Part shown: positions 20,387 through 28,556 of the stretch, in pieces
Numbering within the stretch: position 1 is the stretch's first letter
Layout of the letters: every line of letters starts with the position of its first letter
From: Patescibacteria group bacterium
Lineage (GTDB): Bacteria; Patescibacteriota; Patescibacteriia; Veblenbacterales; UBA10138
Reading direction: 5' to 3'
Assembly (NCBI GenBank): GCA_018817715.1
Contig: JAHITT010000006.1
Span: 11,147 to 75,146 of the forward strand
Length of the DNA: 64,000 nucleotides
Position numbers and translations under genes: made by a program
The notes under the pieces: model-generated
Database searches by the model: none
Told to the model about the DNA's origin: nothing
What the model saw: only the letters and a program-made list of their open reading frames with translations

Positions 20387-21937
20387 ATGAAAAAGCAGCA
20401 AAATATTTATACTTTTAGTAATATTAAAAAAGTTAGGTGGGGGGTGCTGGAAGAAAATCAACCCATTCATCTTTTTCCAGTAATGTATCCTTGTTGGTGT
20501 GGTATTGTTAAGGATGTGGGGAAGATTTTAGGTAAACCACAAACTAACATCATCAACTTCAATCATTATGATAAAAGTACAATATTCATTGATCATGATG
20601 AGTGGAATAAATTAGGCCTTTTTACTTTGCGTAAAATTTTACGAGATCCTAAGTGGGGATTTTACATAAGTAAAAAAATTATCAAACTTTCTGATATTTT
20701 GACTAAGTTTACTAGTCAAAAAATACATAAAGTAGATTTAACCAAAAAAACTAATCAGCAATTATATCATTTGTACAAGGAGTATCTAGATAAAGATGTT
20801 GTTGCATATAATTATGCCGCCATACCTGTGTATTTGGATTTATATAAACCTCATTTAACAACATATTTATTAAAATATTTAGATAAGCTTATATCTAAAT
20901 TAGATTATAAAATGACAGCTCGGGAGTGTTTTGTTGGTTTAACTATGCCAGTTGGGTTATCTAAGGTACAAAACGAAGAACTTGATTTATATAAATTAAC
21001 CATCAAAATAAAATCATTTATCAAGAACAATAAATTACCAAAGCTTTCTCAATTATCTGGGAGGAGTTTAAATTTATTCAAAAAGCACACGGATAAATAT
21101 AGATACTTGGGTTATAATTGGGAAGGGCCGGCCTTTTCTGATTATTATTTTTGGAAAAGATTAGAAAATTTATTTAAAGATAAAGTCACTCCACAAACAA
21201 AAATTAAGGATTTTTTTGCCAATAAGAAAAAAGGTATAAGGCTAGCTGAAAAAATAAAGAAGGACTTACATATTGATAATAAACATAATAAGTTGTTGGA
21301 GCTGACTAAACATATAATTTATTCAAAAGAGTATCGAAAAATGGCTTTTGTACAGTCGTATTATGAGGTGGAGAAATTATTAAAGGAGATAGCTGATAGA
21401 TTGTCATTAAGTTTGGATGAAGTTAGGGTGAGCTTATTAACTGAAGTCAGATTAATGTTAACCAGCAAGCTAACCAGACCAAAAGAACTATCAGATAGAA
21501 TAGAGGGGCATTTATTTGTGGTTTTGAGCCAAAAATTACCTGGTCGGGTTTTTACGGATAATCTTTATTTAAAGACCAAGGAATATTTATTAAAGCGACA
21601 GGATTTACACGAAATTAATTATTTCCACGGGCAGACAGCTTGTTTAGGTAAAGCTGAGGGTCTAGTTAAAATAATTAATTCAGTTAAGGATATTGGAAAA
21701 ATGAGAAAAGGGGATATTTTAGTTTCTACTCAGACAAATCCTGATTTAGTACCAGCCATGCGTAAAGCAGCCGCTATAGTGACTGATTTAGGTGGTATAA
21801 CCTGCCACGCAGCTATTGTTTCCAGAGAATTAGGAATACCTTGTGTTATTGGTACTAAAGTGGCTACCAAAGTGCTTAAAGACGATGATAGGGTAGTGGT
21901 GGATGCTAGTAGAGGCGAGATTAAAAAGATTAATTAA
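20387..21937 (+). CDS. PEP-utilizing mobile-domain protein, paralog 6
   Basis: GGITCHAAIVSRELGIPCVIGTK C-terminus. Paralog motifs YLGYNWEGP and KEYRKM...LKEIADRL. Confidence 0.8.
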   Translation: MKKQQNIYTFSNIKKVRWGVLEENQPIHLFPVMYPCWCGIVKDVGKILGKPQTNIINFNHYDKSTIFIDHDEWNKLGLFTLRKILRDPKWGFYISKKIIKLSDILTKFTSQKIHKVDLTKKTNQQLYHLYKEYLDKDVVAYNYAAIPVYLDLYKPHLTTYLLKYLDKLISKLDYKMTARECFVGLTMPVGLSKVQNEELDLYKLTIKIKSFIKNNKLPKLSQLSGRSLNLFKKHTDKYRYLGYNWEGPAFSDYYFWKRLENLFKDKVTPQTKIKDFFANKKKGIRLAEKIKKDLHIDNKHNKLLELTKHIIYSKEYRKMAFVQSYYEVEKLLKEIADRLSLSLDEVRVSLLTEVRLMLTSKLTRPKELSDRIEGHLFVVLSQKLPGRVFTDNLYLKTKEYLLKRQDLHEINYFHGQTACLGKAEGLVKIINSVKDIGKMRKGDILVSTQTNPDLVPAMRKAAAIVTDLGGITCHAAIVSRELGIPCVIGTKVATKVLKDDDRVVVDASRGEIKKIN

Positions 21938-21941
21938 ATAT

Positions 21942-23474
21942 ATGAAGTATCAGTTATTACATCAAGAAACTTCTGTTACACCTCTAACTTTGGGTATGAA
22001 TCACCGGGGATTTCATCATCGCCTGCATACGAAATATACTAGACCTTTTTATTTTAAAGATAGCGTAATTGTTTATAAAAATTATAAGGTTGATTGGTAT
22101 GGTGATATAGATAATTTTTGTGAACTGGGTCAAAAAGTTATTGATAATGTTAAAAAAGACAAAACATTTAGCAAGCGTTTGTTATTAGATGTGGTTAAGA
22201 TTGGACAAGAGTTAGATGAATTGGATAGCATAATAATTAGTGAAAATTTTGCACGATTGACAAAACTAAATTTGCTAAATCAATTTAAAAAATTATTTAA
22301 ATTGTCTTATGATATTTGTGATTTGGGTGCAGTAGCAGTTTATCCTGATTTAAGACATTATAAATTATCAACATTACTTAAGAATATTATTAAGGAAAAA
22401 ATAGTTAAATACAATTTACCTAGAAAAACTAATGACTACTTTTCAATATTAATTACACCTACAATTACTGGTTTGGTGCAGCGGGAAAAGAATGTCATAC
22501 AAGAATTAGCAATTGAAATTCAGAGAGATAAAGCGCTAAAAAATGATTGGCTTAGGTTGAAAGCTAAAGACGTTTTAAAGAAACAAGCAGGCCACCTGCA
22601 CAAAACTATTGATAGTTTATATAAATTATATAGTAATTATCGATGGTCAGCTTTTGGGCAATTAGGGCCAAGTAAAACATTGGATGATTATATCGTTGAC
22701 ATAAAAAGCGAAATAAAAAATCCAATTTTAAAAAAACAAATATTAGAAGCTAAAAAACATTTAAATCAGATATTTAAACTTCAAAATTTATATTATAAAG
22801 AACTTCGTTTGACTAAAGTAGAAATTAACCTGTTTAAAGCGGCTCGAGATTTTAGTGAAAACAAGGTTTATAGATTTGATATTTTACTTAAAACTTGGTT
22901 AGCACTTGATTTGCTTTTGAGAGAAATTGCCAACAGAACAAAATATACGGTTAATGATTTAAGATTTATGTCTCCAGAGGAGATTGTTAGTTTATTAACT
23001 GGTCGGAAAATAATTCCAATTAGTATAATTAAAAATAGGCAAAAATTTTGTTTGACACTTATTAAGAATAATTCAATTATCCATTTAACAGGGGAGCAAG
23101 CCAAATCATACCTACGCCATAATATAGAAGCGGAAAATATTCAAAATAACATTAAGACATTGCATGGTAGTGTGGCTTATATGGGTCGGGTTAGCGGACG
23201 AGTAAAAATAGTTAATAGTCCTAAGGATATTAGTAAGGTTAAAAAAGGAGATATTTTAGTTTCTACTCAGACAAATCCAGATTTATTGCCGGCCATGCGA
23301 AAAGCTGGAGCTTTTGTAACTGATGTAGGTGGTATAACCTCCCATGCTGCTATTGTGGCTAGGGAATTAAAGAAACCTTGTATAATAGGTACAAAGATTG
23401 CTAGTAAAATATTTAAAGATGGTGATAGAGTAGATGTAGATGCTATTAAAGGTAATGTAACATTAATTAAATAA
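21942..23474 (+). CDS. PEP-utilizing mobile-domain protein, paralog 7
   Basis: Start moved to the ATG at 21942, after the TAA at 21935-21937. C-terminus GGITSHAAIVARELKKPCIIGTK, with the canonical TSH form of the catalytic His motif. Confidence 0.75.
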   Translation: MKYQLLHQETSVTPLTLGMNHRGFHHRLHTKYTRPFYFKDSVIVYKNYKVDWYGDIDNFCELGQKVIDNVKKDKTFSKRLLLDVVKIGQELDELDSIIISENFARLTKLNLLNQFKKLFKLSYDICDLGAVAVYPDLRHYKLSTLLKNIIKEKIVKYNLPRKTNDYFSILITPTITGLVQREKNVIQELAIEIQRDKALKNDWLRLKAKDVLKKQAGHLHKTIDSLYKLYSNYRWSAFGQLGPSKTLDDYIVDIKSEIKNPILKKQILEAKKHLNQIFKLQNLYYKELRLTKVEINLFKAARDFSENKVYRFDILLKTWLALDLLLREIANRTKYTVNDLRFMSPEEIVSLLTGRKIIPISIIKNRQKFCLTLIKNNSIIHLTGEQAKSYLRHNIEAENIQNNIKTLHGSVAYMGRVSGRVKIVNSPKDISKVKKGDILVSTQTNPDLLPAMRKAGAFVTDVGGITSHAAIVARELKKPCIIGTKIASKIFKDGDRVDVDAIKGNVTLIK

Positions 23475-23476
23475 AT

Positions 23477-24082
23477 ATGATTAAGCTTATTATTTTTGAT
23501 TTGTATGGTCTTATATTAAGTTCGGGTTATCCAGATACTTCCAAATATCTGGCTAAGAAGTTTGGTGGAGATTGGCGGGATTATCAGGCCATAATATATA
23601 AAAAGTATTTTAACCAGGCGGCGGTACGACAAATAACTCAAAAACAGGCTTGGGTTTTGGCGGCTAAAGAATTAAAGTTACCGATTTCTTGGCAGGAGTT
23701 AAGAAAAATACATTATAAACTAATGACCTTGGATAAGCGGTTGGTTAAGTTAGATAAGGAATTAAACAAAAAAGGTTATATTACTTTAGTGCTTTCCAAG
23801 AATACCCGTAGTCAATTGGCCGATAACTGTAAGCGTTTTGGAATTAAAAAAATATTTAAAAATGTGATTAATACTTGGGAACTTAATTTACCTAAAGCCA
23901 GTAAAAAAACATTGGCCTTGGTTTTAAAGCGTTTTAAGGTTAAGCCGGAAGAGGTTATTTATGCGGATGATCAAAAGGCTAATTTAGTAGACGCTAAAGA
24001 AATGGGCATTAAAACAATTTTTGTTAAGAATTATCAGCAGTTTAAAAAAGAATTGGATGGTTATCTTTCTTATGATAAATAA
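23477..24082 (+). CDS. HAD-superfamily hydrolase-like protein (non-canonical motif I)
   Basis: N-terminal LIIFDLYGLIL is a HAD motif-I position but reads D-L-Y rather than DxD. C-terminal IYADDQKANLVDAKEMGIKTIFV is HAD motif-IV-like. 201 aa, embedded in the paralog array. Confidence 0.5.
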   Translation: MIKLIIFDLYGLILSSGYPDTSKYLAKKFGGDWRDYQAIIYKKYFNQAAVRQITQKQAWVLAAKELKLPISWQELRKIHYKLMTLDKRLVKLDKELNKKGYITLVLSKNTRSQLADNCKRFGIKKIFKNVINTWELNLPKASKKTLALVLKRFKVKPEEVIYADDQKANLVDAKEMGIKTIFVKNYQQFKKELDGYLSYDK

Positions 24083-24107
24083 ATTTAAAGAAAAAGGTTG
24101 GCGTTTA

Positions 24108-25568
24108 ATGTCTCAACGACAAAGGTTAAGCCCTTTCCCTAACTATATGTCTATGGAAGCTATGACGGGTTTAGTTAAGGAGTATGTTGGTGAAAATATA
24201 GATTGGCTGGTTTTATTTTTTGAAGACAGGATAATGAATGGGTTTAGTCCGTCTAAATCTTTTTTTGCTTCAGCTAATGATATTGTGAATAGGCTGGAGA
24301 ATAATCCTGGTATTTATGCTGATTTAATTAAAAAGCAGAATTATTGGGGAAAAAAATTGGTTAAACACGCTAAATTGAGTTTTAATAAAGTAGATAGTAC
24401 AAGTACGGCTCGAGATTTGTATAATTTTTGGATGAATTTTGAACGTATTTATAAACAGGTTTATGCTACTTATGGATCAGTTTGGATGATAGAGGATGTT
24501 TTTAATAATCGTTTATTACAGATAGTTAAAGAAAGGATTAGTAATGAAGTAAAATCTGTGGAGTTGCTTAATCTTTTGACATTACAACCAAAAGCTATGG
24601 TAGCGAGATTGGAAAAACAGGCTTTGTTAGAAGTGGCTGTTAAAATAGGTATTCGTTCTGGTTGGCGGCAGCAAGTTTTAAAAGGCAATTTTAAATCATT
24701 TGATAAAGGTTTAGTTGCTTTGATAGTTAAACACGAACGTGATTATTTTTGGGTAACTAGGGATTATGAGGATCCTATTTTGGACAAAGAAAGGATTATC
24801 AGCAAACTAAAAGACGTTTTACGAGAGAATTATAAAACTAACTTATTAGCCATGAAAAAAGAGTTGGTTAAATGGCGACAGCAGCAAGATTTTTTGACAA
24901 AGAAATTGCAATTGACTAATAAGGAAAAAAAGTTATTCTCGGCTATGCAGGATGTAGCTTACTTGAAGGAATTACGTAAGCATTATGTTTCAGAATCTTT
25001 ATATTATTTTGATAGGGTCTTATTGGAAATCGGCCGCCGTAGTTGTTTAAGTATTAAACAAGTTAGATTTTTAAAAACAGAAGACTTAAGCAGTGTTTTA
25101 TTTAGTAAAAAAGATTTTAGTAAAACAATTAATGATAGAATAAAATTATCTGTTTGGATAAGTCATCAAGGTAAAACAAAAGTAATAACTGGTAAAAAGG
25201 CTGAAATTTTAAAGAAAAAATTTATTCAAAAACCAAAAAATCTTTTGGAATTTATAGGTACCCCGGTGAGTCCTGGCAAAGCCCGTGGTCCAGTTAAAAT
25301 AGTATTGAATCCAGATGAGTGTTCTAAGGTTAAAAAAGGGGATATTATCGTTAGTATTCAAGTCGTGCCTAGTTTTTCAGCAGCCATTCAACGAGCGGCT
25401 GGTTTAATTTGCGATGGTGGACATGGCATTACTACTCATCCTGCTATTTTAGCTAGAGAAGCTAAAATTCCAGCAATTATTCAAACTAGGTTTGCTCGAG
25501 AAGTTTTAAAAGATGGTGATATAGTGGAGGTTGATGGTTATAAAGGTATGGCAAGAAAAATAAAATAA
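24108..25568 (+). CDS. PEP-utilizing mobile-domain protein, paralog 8 (divergent)
   Basis: The ATG at 24108 lies after the HAD gene stop at 24082. C-terminus GGHGITTHPAILAREAKIPAIIQTR with the His retained. Paralog motif KELRKH...LLEIGRR. Confidence 0.7.
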   Translation: MSQRQRLSPFPNYMSMEAMTGLVKEYVGENIDWLVLFFEDRIMNGFSPSKSFFASANDIVNRLENNPGIYADLIKKQNYWGKKLVKHAKLSFNKVDSTSTARDLYNFWMNFERIYKQVYATYGSVWMIEDVFNNRLLQIVKERISNEVKSVELLNLLTLQPKAMVARLEKQALLEVAVKIGIRSGWRQQVLKGNFKSFDKGLVALIVKHERDYFWVTRDYEDPILDKERIISKLKDVLRENYKTNLLAMKKELVKWRQQQDFLTKKLQLTNKEKKLFSAMQDVAYLKELRKHYVSESLYYFDRVLLEIGRRSCLSIKQVRFLKTEDLSSVLFSKKDFSKTINDRIKLSVWISHQGKTKVITGKKAEILKKKFIQKPKNLLEFIGTPVSPGKARGPVKIVLNPDECSKVKKGDIIVSIQVVPSFSAAIQRAAGLICDGGHGITTHPAILAREAKIPAIIQTRFAREVLKDGDIVEVDGYKGMARKIK

Positions 25569-25596
25569 ACCCTCTTTAAGAGGGTTTATTTTATTA
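25567..25596 (+). terminator. rho-independent terminator hairpin (likely bidirectional)
   Basis: AAACCCTC/GAGGGTTT 8 bp stem followed by ATTTTATT. It lies between the convergent ends of paralog 8 (+) and the histidine phosphatase gene (-). Confidence 0.55.
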
Positions 25597-25610
25597 ATAG
25601 CAGTTGTTAA

Positions 25611-26474
25611 CTAAATTTCAGTTGCTATTTTTTCTATATTTTTACCTACGGGCTTAGCTTTTTTCTTATTTTGTCCATAAAAATCCAGCCTCACCCCTTC
25701 GGCATTTTCCACTTCGCCAACTTTTTCTAAAGGAATATTTAATTCATCAGCTACTATTAAGGAAGTCATTGAAGCGTGGCTATTGGCAATGTAAACTATT
25801 CTTTTTTCTTGACCTTTGTTAGACAACCAATCAGCTATTTTTTCCACTTTAGCCATATCAATATTTTTTCTTTTTAACATTTGGCTTTTAGTTTCAACTG
25901 CTGTAGGAATTTCATCATCTGGTGTTAAAGCCCAAGCCACAATTTCATCTTTGGCTCCTAATTTTTCTTGGTAAGAAGTATCTCCCAATTTTTTTCTAAA
26001 ATCTGGCTCATGTTCAATACCTTGAATACCTTTTAATCTTTTTTCTACACCCGGCCCAGCTTCGGTTGGTATATTTTCTCCTTTCCATTCATAGGCGCTC
26101 TTTGGTAAGTCTATTTGGTCAGGCCTAGCGCCCAGTTCAATTAAAGTATCATTCATTACCCAGTCTTGCTCGCAAGTGCGATCAGTTTTTGAATCACGAA
26201 TAAATAACTTTATTTTATCTAAGGATTTTTGTAAAACTTCGGCATAGGCTTGTTTGTTGTTCCAATCTTTAAAATCCGATTGTTCGTCGCTTATAATCTG
26301 TTTGGCAATATTAGTAATGGTTTCTTTTACTTGTTCACGACCCTTATCAGTTAAACCTCGTTTGGGATTAGTTTTATCTTTACCAGATTCGCCGTGACGG
26401 ATAAGATAAACAGTTATATTTGGTTGTTCTTTTAATACTTCTTTGGATTCTGTAAATAATTGTTTTTCATTCAT
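25611..26474 (-). CDS. histidine phosphatase superfamily (PGAM/SixA-like) protein
   Basis: N-terminal YLIRHGESGKD (RHG catalytic motif) and a downstream ANSHASM second-His motif. 287 aa. Confidence 0.6.
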   Translation of the reverse strand: MNEKQLFTESKEVLKEQPNITVYLIRHGESGKDKTNPKRGLTDKGREQVKETITNIAKQIISDEQSDFKDWNNKQAYAEVLQKSLDKIKLFIRDSKTDRTCEQDWVMNDTLIELGARPDQIDLPKSAYEWKGENIPTEAGPGVEKRLKGIQGIEHEPDFRKKLGDTSYQEKLGAKDEIVAWALTPDDEIPTAVETKSQMLKRKNIDMAKVEKIADWLSNKGQEKRIVYIANSHASMTSLIVADELNIPLEKVGEVENAEGVRLDFYGQNKKKAKPVGKNIEKIATEI

Positions 26475-26521
26475 ATAGTTTGATGAGTATTAACTAAGTA
26501 CTTAAATATTAGCACATTTTA

Positions 26522-26558
26522 GTAAAAAAATAGAAGGTTCCAATGTTTTGGAACCTTC
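26522..26558 (-). terminator. rho-independent terminator for the upstream minus-strand gene
   Basis: Perfect 11 bp stem GAAGGTTCCAA/TTGGAACCTTC with a 4 nt loop, followed on the minus strand by TATTTTTTTAC. Confidence 0.6.
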
Positions 26559-26584
26559 GAAGGATTGTTTGTAAATTTAGTTAT

Positions 26585-27298
26585 TTATTTTGTAAATATT
26601 TTTTCCAGATGTTTTACTTCATCCGGTAGACGAAATTCTTCAACAGATACCGGAACAGCAATTCCATTATTAACGTCGAAAGTGTATATAAGGCCTTCGC
26701 AAGTTGATAAGGGACCGCCAATTGAACCAACAGATATGTTTTGCGGATAAACTTCTTTTACATCGTATGTTAGAGCTTTAATTAAAGAGCCAACAGCTTC
26801 TACAGCTACTCCGTGGCGGCAGCAAAGTATATTTGTGTTTTCTGTGCATCCTGCGGCATAAGCTAACATAGCTTGTACCTGTTCTGAGGCTCGTTTAAAC
26901 ACATAATCGCGTATTTCGCCGGGTTGGGTTAGGAAAACATGTTCCACTGTCATAGAGTTTTCTTTTTCCAATTGTTTGGCAATTTTAATTAAATTTTTGG
27001 CGTTGGGGTCTGAACCGATGTCGTCAAAAATAAGATCGGTTTTTACATCAAAGCTATGTCCAAGAGTGTCAAGGATAATTCGGGCTAGTTTCCAAGCGCG
27101 GGGTTGAGGACTAGTAATAGCTTTTTGAAACTTCACGCCAGAAAATTTTAGAATAGAAGCAACTATGTAGCTCGTCATCAAGCCGTATAAAGTAGGATTT
27201 TGATCCTTCTTTATTTTGTCTTGAAGGGTAGCATTTTGATCTTCAGCTGCTTTTTGTCTTTCGTAGTGACGGAAATCATAAATTTTTACAGTTGCCAT
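26585..27298 (-). CDS. hypothetical protein
   Basis: 237 aa ORF with an AAGGTG Shine-Dalgarno 6 nt upstream of the ATG. No confident family assignment. A mid-protein CCRHG segment was noted but is not diagnostic. Confidence 0.4.
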   Translation of the reverse strand: MATVKIYDFRHYERQKAAEDQNATLQDKIKKDQNPTLYGLMTSYIVASILKFSGVKFQKAITSPQPRAWKLARIILDTLGHSFDVKTDLIFDDIGSDPNAKNLIKIAKQLEKENSMTVEHVFLTQPGEIRDYVFKRASEQVQAMLAYAAGCTENTNILCCRHGVAVEAVGSLIKALTYDVKEVYPQNISVGSIGGPLSTCEGLIYTFDVNNGIAVPVSVEEFRLPDEVKHLEKIFTK

Positions 27299-27336
27299 TA
27301 GTGCACCTTTTGTTTTTTTGTGGGTTTTTGTTTATT

Positions 27337-27395
27337 AAGTTTAAGATTCGTCTGACGACGCATTTTTTACACGCTTTCAGATGAATCTTAAACTT
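27337..27395. promoter_or_regulatory. 19 bp inverted repeat (one mismatch) with a 21 nt spacer in a divergent intergenic region
   Basis: AAGTTTAAGATTCGTCTGA ... TCAGATGAATCTTAAACTT lies between the divergently transcribed hypothetical gene (-) and the PPDK_N gene (+). Confidence 0.4.
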
Positions 27396-27513
27396 GTTTG
27401 TTAAGGTACTATAAAACAGTCTATAATAGCGCATTTTTGGGTTTTTGTCAATGGTAGCTTTTATTTTATGGCTAGGTTAAAATAAAAATAGATTAATATT
27501 TAAAAAGATTTTT

Positions 27514-28461
27514 ATGAAAATAACTTTTAGTTTACCTTTTTCCAAAATTAGCAAAAAAGACGTTAGCTTAGCTGGTGGTAAGGGTGCTAGTTTAGGCGAA
27601 ATGGCCAAGGCCGGCATTCCGGTGCCGCCGGGTTTTGTGGTACTGGCCACAGCTTTTAATAGGTTTTTACAGGAAACGGATTTAGAGCAAGATATTCAAG
27701 CCCAGCTTAATAAAGTTAATTATCACGATGTCAATTCGGTTGATAGATATTCTAATGTTATAAGGGCAATGATTACCAAAGCTAAAATGCCTAAAGATTT
27801 GCAAGAAGAAATAGTAAAAGAGTTTAAAAAATTAAAAGTTAAATATGTGGCAGTTCGTTCTTCAGCCACAGCCGAAGATTCTAGTTCAGCTTCGTGGGCG
27901 GGGGAGTTAGAAACTTATTTAAATACCACTGACAAGGATTTGTTAAAGAGAGTTAAGGACTGCTGGTCTTCGCTGTTTACACCACGGGCTATTTTTTATC
28001 GGCATGAAAAAAAATTGCATAAAGTTAAAGTGGCGGTGGCGGTGGTTGTGCAGGCCATGGTGCAGTCGGAAATTTCTGGCATTGCTTTTACAGTTCATCC
28101 TGTTACCAAAGATAAAAAACAAATGATTATTGAAGCTGGTTATGGTTTGGGGGAATCTATTGTTTCTGGACAAATAACTCCCGATGCTTATGTAGTCAGT
28201 AAAAAGGATTTATCTTTAATAGATATAAATATTGCTGAACAAACTAAAAAATTAATAGGTTTACCTGGTGGAGGAAATAAGTGGATGGGTTTGAATAAAA
28301 AAGACGGTAGTAAGCAAAAATTAACTGGCAAACAAATAATAGAATTATCTAAAATTTGTTTGCATATAGAAAAGCATTATAAATTTCCCTGTGATATAGA
28401 ATGGGCTTTGGTAAAAAATAAATTTTATATAACCCAATCTAGACCTATTACCACTTTATAA
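27514..28461 (+). CDS. stand-alone PEP-synthase/PPDK N-terminal ATP-grasp domain protein (PPDK_N-like)
   Basis: Collinear with the E. coli PEP synthase N-terminus: GGKGASLGEM...GIPVPPGF, VRSSATAEDSSSASWAGELETYLN, DIEWALVKNKFYITQSRP. The ORF stops where the mobile His domain would begin. Confidence 0.85.
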   Translation: MKITFSLPFSKISKKDVSLAGGKGASLGEMAKAGIPVPPGFVVLATAFNRFLQETDLEQDIQAQLNKVNYHDVNSVDRYSNVIRAMITKAKMPKDLQEEIVKEFKKLKVKYVAVRSSATAEDSSSASWAGELETYLNTTDKDLLKRVKDCWSSLFTPRAIFYRHEKKLHKVKVAVAVVVQAMVQSEISGIAFTVHPVTKDKKQMIIEAGYGLGESIVSGQITPDAYVVSKKDLSLIDINIAEQTKKLIGLPGGGNKWMGLNKKDGSKQKLTGKQIIELSKICLHIEKHYKFPCDIEWALVKNKFYITQSRPITTL

Positions 28462-28472
28462 ATTCATATTAC

Positions 28473-28500
28473 CATTCCACCCATTCGCGCGAATGGGGGA
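28473..28500. repeat. GC-rich palindromic repeat copy 1 (CATTCCACCCATTCGCGCGAATGGGGGA)
   Basis: Stem CCCATTCGCG/CGCGAATGGG. It lies immediately 3' of the PPDK_N gene. A near-identical copy is at 57774-57801. Confidence 0.6.
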
Positions 28501-28556
28501 TAGGTTAAAGTAATATATACCAATTTGGTAGGATTTATGCTATAATTGTAAAACCT

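Noticed and set aside
26565-26750. 61 aa plus-strand ORF overlapping the 3' end of the minus-strand hypothetical gene
   Set aside because: It overlaps a longer ORF with an SD-supported start and is read through a terminator hairpin region. No motif.
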